Of a stretch of DNA of 43,753 nucleotides, positions 37,370 to 43,753 are shown in pieces. The stretch's first letter is position 1. Every line of letters begins with the position of its first letter. The stretch covers positions 1-43,753 of the forward strand of contig PWMA01000154.1 in NCBI GenBank assembly GCA_003558335.1. Direction: 5' to 3'. This stretch comes from Candidatus Methanofastidiosia archaeon (lineage in GTDB: Archaea > Methanobacteriota_B > Thermococci > Methanofastidiosales > Methanofastidiosaceae). The translations under genes and the position numbers were made by a program. Under the pieces are notes generated by a model. It searched no databases. It was not told the origin of the DNA and saw nothing but the letters and a program-made list of their open reading frames with translations.

Positions 37370-37897
37370 ATGGAGCAAATGAAAGAACATCTTCTTGTAA
37401 CAACTCCAACTGCCAGACAATTTGATGGAATTTGGGAAATTGAATGGGCATTGGAAGGGGAGATATTTGAGATAAAAAAAACAAAGTTCAAAGGAGTTTT
37501 ATTAGTAAAGTGTAAAAATGCTAAAAAGGCTGCAGAAATGATTAAAGATTATGAAACTAGTGCCATACATAGAGTCTTGCCTTTTGACAGATATATCAAT
37601 ACAGATATGAATCTAATAAATGTGGAAGCAACTGACGTTGCAATATCCAAAATATTTAAAAGTGACACATTTGCTGTAAGATGCAAGAAAAGAGGAAAAG
37701 TTAATTTTAAATCTCAGGACATTGAAAAAGAAATTGGCGCAAAAATCGTTGAATCAACTAATGCAAAAGTAAATCTTGAAGATCCCGACGTAAAGGTCAT
37801 TATTCAGATAATTGACAAAAAAACAGGGATTTCTGTCCTAAAAAAAGATGAAATTATTAGAAAAGATGTTCTCGAAGAGGACACAGATTCTTTCTAA
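37370..37897 (+). CDS. stand-alone THUMP-domain RNA-binding protein
   Basis: About 176 aa. ...FAVRCKKRGKVNFKSQDIEKEIGAKIV...VKVIIQIIDKKTGISV is the typical THUMP core. Confidence 0.7.
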   Translation: MEQMKEHLLVTTPTARQFDGIWEIEWALEGEIFEIKKTKFKGVLLVKCKNAKKAAEMIKDYETSAIHRVLPFDRYINTDMNLINVEATDVAISKIFKSDTFAVRCKKRGKVNFKSQDIEKEIGAKIVESTNAKVNLEDPDVKVIIQIIDKKTGISVLKKDEIIRKDVLEEDTDSF

Positions 37898-38175
37898 ACT
37901 AATTTTGTTTTAAGTCCGTTAATATCTTCTTTTATGCTATCTATTGCTTCAATAAGCGCCTGCTTTGGAGATATTGTCCCGTCAGTGTTAATTATAAACA
38001 TCGGACTTTTTTTGTCTAGCAGTGGATGATCGACTCTATAAGCAGCTACATTAACCTTTTTATTTTTTAATAATACAACTCTCAATAAATTGCAAAGTGT
38101 ATGATCTTCACCAATAATCCTAAACTCCATTAAACTTCCATCATTTTTTATTACTTCAATATCCAAATTAATCAC
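37894..38175 (-). CDS. rpoL: DNA-directed RNA polymerase subunit L (Rpo11)
   Basis: EFRIIGEDHTLCNLLRVVLL...VAAYRVDHPLL is the RpoL/Rpb11 signature. Confidence 0.9.
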   Translation of the reverse strand: MINLDIEVIKNDGSLMEFRIIGEDHTLCNLLRVVLLKNKKVNVAAYRVDHPLLDKKSPMFIINTDGTISPKQALIEAIDSIKEDINGLKTKLV

Positions 38176-38758
38176 CTACATAATCTCTTAGATACGAAAG
38201 AGCATCGTCGTAGCTTATATTTAAAGATACCGTTTCTTTATCCTTAAAAATCTTTTTTTCTATACCTTCATTTAAAAGTTCTGAAGATAACATATCTGAT
38301 TCAATTGCAACTCTTACAATAATTTCTTTTACAGGTTTTGAAACTCCAGTTAAATCTTTTAATAAGCATGAAACCTCTCCGGCAATCTCTGCAACTGTTG
38401 AAACGTTTGCAGTGGAAATAACTTTATCTTTATCCACTTCAAAAAAGTATCCTTTGTCATCTATGACCGATTTTAAAAGTTTAACAGGAACAGTTACACT
38501 CGAAATTTTAGATATACTATCAAGACTATATGTATAAAATCCTTTTTTTTCTTTTAATTCTTTTTCCTTCAACTCTTCCAAGAAACTTTTAATTGAGTAG
38601 GCTATATCTTTCAGATTATTTGGATCTAAAACTACAACCTTTAAAGTATCTTCGGATATATCAAAACAAATATCCTCAAAGTTTGAAAGAAAATGGGCAA
38701 TTTCTACCTTTTCATTGCCCTTGATTTTAAAACTCAAGACTCTTGTTTTCTTTTTCAT
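38168..38758 (-). CDS. hypothetical protein in the csl4-rpoL operon (possibly exosome/RNA-associated)
   Basis: 196 aa, overlapping rpoL by 8 nt and 4 nt from csl4. No motif was recognised with confidence. Context alone suggests an RNA-processing role. Confidence 0.4.
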   Translation of the reverse strand: MKKKTRVLSFKIKGNEKVEIAHFLSNFEDICFDISEDTLKVVVLDPNNLKDIAYSIKSFLEELKEKELKEKKGFYTYSLDSISKISSVTVPVKLLKSVIDDKGYFFEVDKDKVISTANVSTVAEIAGEVSCLLKDLTGVSKPVKEIIVRVAIESDMLSSELLNEGIEKKIFKDKETVSLNISYDDALSYLRDYVGD

Positions 38759-38762
38759 CTTA

Positions 38763-39350
38763 TCATAATTTAGCTTTCAAATAGTCATTTGCCGTCTTTC
38801 TAGTTTCCTTGGAATTACAGTAGTTGCATTCAAGCTTTCCATCCTTAATTCCAAGAGTTTTTTTACAAACTCCACAGACAGCTCTAATTACTCCAAGAGA
38901 ATCTTCTGCAGTTGAAAGTCTTATTGCATCTCCCTGAGTATCCACTACCCTTGCCCTTACAACATCACCATTTCTGAACTCTGTTGAAATAGTTTTTACG
39001 TATTTTTTGTCAGTCTGGGAAACATAGATTCTAGCTTTTGTATTGGCTGAAAGCTTTTTATCCGAATATCCTTCTAAAGCTAAAAGATCTACATAGACCA
39101 TTTGTGGCTTAACTGAGACTATCTCTCCATAGACAATATCGCCTTCTTTTATTTTAGGCACAACATTTGTTTTTGAAATAACACTTGCACTTCTTCTTGA
39201 CATGTCAAGATCTAGATTTCCTACTAAAGTTGCATATATCTTTCCGTTTTCTTCATAAGCTCCCTCTCCTGGTAAAAATTCTTCTGCAACTCCTATATAG
39301 TCACCAGGTATAACAAACTCTTTTTTAGTCTCTGCTTTTGCGTTCATCAT
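38763..39350 (-). CDS. csl4: exosome complex RNA-binding protein Csl4 (S1 + C-terminal zinc ribbon)
   Basis: N-terminus VIPGDYIGVAEEFLPGEGAYEENGKIYA, an S1 domain, and CGVCKKTL...CNYCNSKETRK. Confidence 0.85.
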   Translation of the reverse strand: MMNAKAETKKEFVIPGDYIGVAEEFLPGEGAYEENGKIYATLVGNLDLDMSRRSASVISKTNVVPKIKEGDIVYGEIVSVKPQMVYVDLLALEGYSDKKLSANTKARIYVSQTDKKYVKTISTEFRNGDVVRARVVDTQGDAIRLSTAEDSLGVIRAVCGVCKKTLGIKDGKLECNYCNSKETRKTANDYLKAKL

Positions 39351-39969
39351 AACACCTCATAAATCTATAAAGTTCAACTTCAATCATTACTTTTTTTTTC
39401 TTATGGATATCAAACATTGCTTTTATTGGAAAATTAATACTCTTCTTTTCTACTAACTCGAAACCACTCTCCATAGCAACATCTCTTATGAAATCACAGT
39501 TTCCTTTCTTATGTAAGGAATACACTACATCTCCTATTTCAAATGCCTTTTTCAAAAATTTTGTATCCATACTCCTCTTTTTTGTACCAAAAGGCGGATT
39601 TTGAATAATAGTGTCCCCTCGCAGGAGGACGTTTAAAACATCACCTTTCCTAACCTCATAGTTTCCTAAGATTTGATTACTTTTTAAAGTTATTGTTTTT
39701 AGATTATCCTTCAGAATTTCTATCGCTCTTTTGTCTTTCTCAACAAAATAGACTTTTTTACATCCTAAAATCATCGATGCTATACCAAGTCTACCAGTAC
39801 CTGCACCAAGATCAACTACCTTTTTCCCGAGTATATCTCCTCTATAATATGCAAAAAGAACAATTTCAGCAGCTATATCTCCAGGAGTAGTGTACTGTTC
39901 TTCAAACATGTTTGGATTATCCATCTCTTTTAGATTTGAAAGAAGTATTTCAAGTTGTTTTTTTCTCAC
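39325..39969 (-). CDS. SAM-dependent methyltransferase (COG2263 / METTL5-like, NPPFG motif)
   Basis: VVDLGAGTGRLGI (SAM motif I) and IQNPPFG (N6-adenine/amino-methylase motif IV). It is the conserved partner of csl4. Confidence 0.8.
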   Translation of the reverse strand: MRKKQLEILLSNLKEMDNPNMFEEQYTTPGDIAAEIVLFAYYRGDILGKKVVDLGAGTGRLGIASMILGCKKVYFVEKDKRAIEILKDNLKTITLKSNQILGNYEVRKGDVLNVLLRGDTIIQNPPFGTKKRSMDTKFLKKAFEIGDVVYSLHKKGNCDFIRDVAMESGFELVEKKSINFPIKAMFDIHKKKKVMIEVELYRFMRCYDERKSRD

Positions 39970-39984
39970 AAAAAAATAAAAATA

Positions 39985-40494
39985 TTAAAAGTATAAAAAT
40001 CCTACCTTTGATTGTAGAAAATGCTTTACTCCCTTATTTCTCATTATTATTTCCATAAGCACGCCTAGTACTATCAATTCTGCCACCCCCTTCACTAATA
40101 TGGTATATAAGACAGGCGATGGAAGCCCATAGGGGATTTTTAGTATTCCTAGCGTTATGTATATCAAAAAGGCTTCAGGTATCCATCCTCCTATAACAGC
40201 AATAAAAGGCCTTGTCTTTTTAGACAGAATAGCAATACAAACTCCTGTTAAAGCTTTAATAGGCGGTACTAAAAAATTACCAAAGGTGATGCCTGGCCAT
40301 ATTCCGACTATAAATCCTGTTATACCTCCAAATATGGGGCCTAATAAAATTGAAGCAAGTACTGTTCCTATGTGGGAAAGATCAAGATAAACGTTTGGCA
40401 CAGGTGTTGGAATAAGTAGTATGGTTCCAAATAAGATTCCTATTGCTGCAAATATTGCAGTGAATGCGATATATTTTGAATTAATAGATTTCAA
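39985..40494 (-). CDS. small polytopic membrane protein, possibly an ECF-transporter S component (ThiW-like)
   Basis: 169 aa and 5-6 TM segments. LDLSHIGTVLASILLGPIFG resembles the recalled ThiW-type pattern. The assignment is weak. Confidence 0.35.
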   Translation of the reverse strand: MKSINSKYIAFTAIFAAIGILFGTILLIPTPVPNVYLDLSHIGTVLASILLGPIFGGITGFIVGIWPGITFGNFLVPPIKALTGVCIAILSKKTRPFIAVIGGWIPEAFLIYITLGILKIPYGLPSPVLYTILVKGVAELIVLGVLMEIIMRNKGVKHFLQSKVGFLYF

Positions 40495-40563
40495 TAAATC
40501 ACCATAAAAAATAATAGTCTAAATCAATATATAAATATTTGGGTAGATACTTAAAAATGAGTA

Positions 40564-42261
40564 TTACATTTCTTCTGGTGCACTTATTCCAAGAAGCATT
40601 AAACTATTATTCAATACTATCTTTGTTGCTCTTACAAGACTTATTCTAAAATCTCTATTTGTTTTAGCATTTAATACGCGGCATTCATGATAAAACTCAT
40701 TAAAGCATTTGGCAACATCATAAGTATAATTAGACAAATAATCTGGCCTGTAATCAATTGAGGCCTTTTCAACTATTTCAGGAAACTCTGAAAGAATAAA
40801 AACTAGTTTATACTCTTTTTCACTGAGCTCATCTATTTGAAATTTACCTTTTACGCATTCTGCCTTGTTTAAAATTCCTGCAGCTCTTGCATGGGCATAC
40901 TGGATATATGGTGCTGTATCACCTTCAAAGTCTAAAGCCCTTTTCCAGTTGAATATAATTTTTTTGTTATTATCCTTCATCATACTATATTTTAATGCGC
41001 CAATAGTCACAATTTCTGATATTTCTTGAGCATTAGAGATGTTTCTTTCTCTAACCTGTTTTATTGCTTCTTTATTAACAAACTTCTTTAAATCTGAATA
41101 CAGCACAACATTTCCTTCTCTAGAGGACATTTTACCCTCTTCAAGCATTACGAGCTCATATGATAGGTGGTAGCATTTCTTAGCTTGGCTAAATCCCATA
41201 ATCTCCAAAGTTTTGAATAGTTGTTTGAAATAGAACTTCTGCTCACTTCCAACAACATATAGTGAACGATCAATTTTAAAATCTTTAAATTTTCTTTCTG
41301 CAAGTGCAATGTCCTTTGTTGAGTAAAGAGCCGTTCCATCATTACGAAGAATAACAAATTCATCAAGATTGTGGTCTATTAGATCAACAACGATTGCCCC
41401 TTCTTTGTTCTTTGCAATACCTTTTTCTAATAGTTCAAAGGCTACTTTTGTTCCTTTGTCCTTAACTTCACTCTCATAAAAGAAAATATCAAATTCAATT
41501 CCAAGTTCTTTGTAAATCCTCTTAAACTCTTCAAGACTCCATTCTCTTGTCATTTCCCAGACTTTCATAGTTTGTTTTTCTTCTTCATACAATTTCTTTA
41601 GGACTTCTCTGTATTCTTCATCGTAGATTTCAGATTTCTTTAATTTGTTATCAGCTTCAGAATACACTTTTCCTAAAAAATCTCCTTTATTACCTTCTGG
41701 AATAAATCCACTGTAGAACTTCATATAACCCCATATACATTTGGCAACATGGGCTCCAACGTCTCCTATATAATTTGCTCTTATAGTTTGATAACCAGAA
41801 AATTCCATGATATTGGCCAAGGCATCTCCAAGACAAACATTTCTAAGATGGCCTATGTGAAATGATTTATGCGTGTTTGGTTGTGAATATTCAACCATGA
41901 CTTTCTCATTTTTTTTATTACCTTTTCCATAGAGTTCGTATTCACTAACTATTTTCTCAATTGTAGCATTTGAAAAAAATTTTCTATCAAAAAAGAAGTT
42001 TATATATCCCCCTGATATTTCTATTTTTTCTACCCCATTTGGCAATGAAATATTCTCTGATATATTCTCTGCAATTTCAAATGGACTTCTCTTCTGTTTT
42101 TTTGCAAGTTCAAACGAAAGTGGAGTTGCAATGTCGCCTAATTTAAGATCAGGCGTCTTTGAAAAAACTATATCTATACTCAAATCTCCTTCTGAACTAA
42201 TAACCTTTTTTATAGAGTCTTTCAATTCTTCTTTTAAATTTTTGAGCAATATATTCCCCAC
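40564..42261 (-). CDS. argS: arginine--tRNA ligase
   Basis: Class I HIGH motif (SQPNTHKSFHIGHLRN), MSSREG (KMSK-equivalent) and a DALR anticodon-binding C-terminus. Confidence 0.95.
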   Translation of the reverse strand: MGNILLKNLKEELKDSIKKVISSEGDLSIDIVFSKTPDLKLGDIATPLSFELAKKQKRSPFEIAENISENISLPNGVEKIEISGGYINFFFDRKFFSNATIEKIVSEYELYGKGNKKNEKVMVEYSQPNTHKSFHIGHLRNVCLGDALANIMEFSGYQTIRANYIGDVGAHVAKCIWGYMKFYSGFIPEGNKGDFLGKVYSEADNKLKKSEIYDEEYREVLKKLYEEEKQTMKVWEMTREWSLEEFKRIYKELGIEFDIFFYESEVKDKGTKVAFELLEKGIAKNKEGAIVVDLIDHNLDEFVILRNDGTALYSTKDIALAERKFKDFKIDRSLYVVGSEQKFYFKQLFKTLEIMGFSQAKKCYHLSYELVMLEEGKMSSREGNVVLYSDLKKFVNKEAIKQVRERNISNAQEISEIVTIGALKYSMMKDNNKKIIFNWKRALDFEGDTAPYIQYAHARAAGILNKAECVKGKFQIDELSEKEYKLVFILSEFPEIVEKASIDYRPDYLSNYTYDVAKCFNEFYHECRVLNAKTNRDFRISLVRATKIVLNNSLMLLGISAPEEM

Positions 42262-42303
42262 AGAAAAACTAAATAGAATCTTTTTATCACTTTTGGTTAA
42301 TAA

Positions 42304-42891
42304 TTAAATTTTAAAAAATGTATTTGAAGTAGCTTCTATAACATCATTAGCGCTGTGTATAAGTGGGATATTTCCATCATTTAGAACATAGATTATTAAT
42401 AGTATATTTATTACCAAAAGTATCACAACTAAGATTATAAATAACTTCTTTTTACTTGATATTTCCATTCTTTTTTTTGGTATCTCTCTTCTCTTAAGTG
42501 TTTTACCTCTTTCAACTACCGGCATCATAGGAGGAACATCATGTTGAGGTATTTCTTTCATGGGCGCGGTAACACCTTGGTAAGACTCTTCTTTCATTTT
42601 TTCTGGAAGGACTTCTTGATCAATCCCTTGTTTTTCAAAACTTTCTTCAACTGGAGATATTGGTTCTTCTTTTTGATCAATATCAACTTCTTCAATAAAT
42701 ACATCTTTGTCTTTTATAAATATCTCATTTGGTTTTCCCAATCTAACATGTGCTATATTTAGAATTCTATCACAGTTAGAACAAGGCTGTTCTTCAATAC
42801 ATGTGAAATGAAAAGTCATATTACAGTAACTACAGTAACTCATTTCCAAATTGTCTTTTATTTTTTTACTACAAATGCCACACGTTTCCAT
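42304..42891 (-). CDS. tail-anchored membrane protein with N-terminal C4HC3 (PHD/RING-variant-like) zinc finger
   Basis: C4-x2-C7-x12-C20-x2-C23-x4-H28-x2-C31-x5-C37-x2-C40, read from METCGICSKKIKDNLEMSYCSYCNMTFHFTCIEEQPCSNCD. An acidic/proline-rich linker follows, then TM LFIILVVILLVINILLIIYVL. Confidence 0.6.
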   Translation of the reverse strand: METCGICSKKIKDNLEMSYCSYCNMTFHFTCIEEQPCSNCDRILNIAHVRLGKPNEIFIKDKDVFIEEVDIDQKEEPISPVEESFEKQGIDQEVLPEKMKEESYQGVTAPMKEIPQHDVPPMMPVVERGKTLKRREIPKKRMEISSKKKLFIILVVILLVINILLIIYVLNDGNIPLIHSANDVIEATSNTFFKI

Positions 42892-43000
42892 GAGTAGTTA
42901 TTGTTTTTTAAATATAAAAAGTTTAGCTTGTTATTTTGTTCTTATTGAAAATTAACCATAAATCATTTATATTGAAAAAAATTACACTATATTAGATAAG

Positions 43001-43753
43001 ATGAAAACTAAAGAAACTTTTGATGATTTGACTATTAATAAATTAGAGAAAAAATCTAATAAGATAAGAAAAGATATAATTGAAATGATATATTACGCTA
43101 AATCAGGCCATCCAGGTGGATCTTTATCTTCCGCAGATATTGTAACATCTCTATACTTTCACATAATGAATCATGATCCAAAAAATCCTTTTTGGGAGGG
43201 AAGAGATCGGTTTATTCTAAGTAAAGGACATGCTTGCCCCTCACAGTATGCAGCTTTGGCTGAATCTGGGTATTTTGATCTGAATGAATTAAAAAATCTT
43301 AGAAAGGCTGAATGTATGCTTCAAGGACATCCTTGTGTAAAGACACCTGGTGTTGAGATTTCAACAGGATCCTTGGGCCAAGGTCTTTCTATTGCAATTG
43401 GAATGGCATTGGGACTGAAATTAGACGGTAGCAACTCTAGAGTTTTTGCAGTACTTGGGGATGGAGAGCTGCAGTCCGGACAAGTCTGGGAAGCAATGAT
43501 GTCTGCTCCCAATTTTAAACTTGGGAATCTAACGGCAATAATTGATCGAAACATGCTACAAATAGACGGTCCTACAGAAAAGGTCATGGCAATTGAACCA
43601 CTGTTGGATAAACTTAAAGCATTTAATTGGCAAGTTTATGAAATTGATGGCCATGATATTTCTGAGATCATAGAAACTATAAATGAAGGACTCATGATAA
43701 AAGATAAACCAAAGATAATAATAGCACACACAGTCAAAGGTAAAGGAGTTTCT
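43001..43753 (+). CDS. transketolase, N-terminal (TPP-binding) subunit; runs off the window
   Basis: Not in the track because no stop lies in the window. The sequence reads MKTKETFDDL...SGHPGGSLSSADIVTSLYF...RDRFILSKGHACPSQYA...GSLGQGLSIAIGMA...LGDGELQSGQVWEA, and is open for 251 codons to the window edge. Confidence 0.9.
   Translation, partial: MKTKETFDDLTINKLEKKSNKIRKDIIEMIYYAKSGHPGGSLSSADIVTSLYFHIMNHDPKNPFWEGRDRFILSKGHACPSQYAALAESGYFDLNELKNLRKAECMLQGHPCVKTPGVEISTGSLGQGLSIAIGMALGLKLDGSNSRVFAVLGDGELQSGQVWEAMMSAPNFKLGNLTAIIDRNMLQIDGPTEKVMAIEPLLDKLKAFNWQVYEIDGHDISEIIETINEGLMIKDKPKIIIAHTVKGKGVS

Noticed and set aside
1-43753. CRISPR arrays, tRNA/rRNA genes, transposases, integrases, prophage or defence islands, and Sec/Pyl recoding
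   Set aside because: No regularly spaced direct repeats were seen. No GC-rich, cloverleaf-like segments stand out in the intergenic regions. No gene resembles a transposase or integrase. No family-recognisable ORF is interrupted by TGA or TAG. This was an eyeball scan only, and tRNAscan-SE, Infernal and a CRISPR finder should confirm it.

Overview
AT-rich (by eye about one-third G+C or less, not computed), tightly packed archaeal chromosomal segment of about 58 genes. No rRNA, tRNA, CRISPR array, transposase or integrase was recognised. Most content is core euryarchaeal housekeeping. It includes the exosome/proteasome superoperon (pop5, psmA, SBDS, rrp4, rrp41, rrp42, L37Ae, rpoP, Brix) and the second exosome operon (COG2263-type methylase, csl4, an unknown, rpoL). 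It also includes RFC large and small subunits, thyX plus dCMP deaminase, a Thermococcales-style three-gene RPA operon, argS, srp19, hypA and panE. Both window edges cut genes that the ORF track misses: a single-polypeptide NifJ-type PFOR (1-2972, minus) and a transketolase N-terminal subunit (43001-43753, plus). The most system-like element is a translationally coupled five-gene cluster of methanogenesis marker proteins Mmp6-Mmp5-Mmp15-Mmp17-Mmp7 (29598-33146), linked to ATP-dependent reductive activation of methyl-coenzyme M reductase. Sequence-level oddities are an in-frame TAA inside the otherwise intact SBDS gene and a LOG/TIGR00725 gene with no ATG/GTG/TTG start but an ATT at ideal spacing from a Shine-Dalgarno-like motif. 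Others are a tail-anchored C4HC3 (PHD/RING-like) zinc-finger protein, a membrane-anchored J-domain protein, a membrane-tethered winged-helix regulator, an internally duplicated orphan protein, and a hairpin plus T-run small-RNA candidate in a divergent intergenic region. All family calls come from reading the translations and recalling family motifs. No database search was run.
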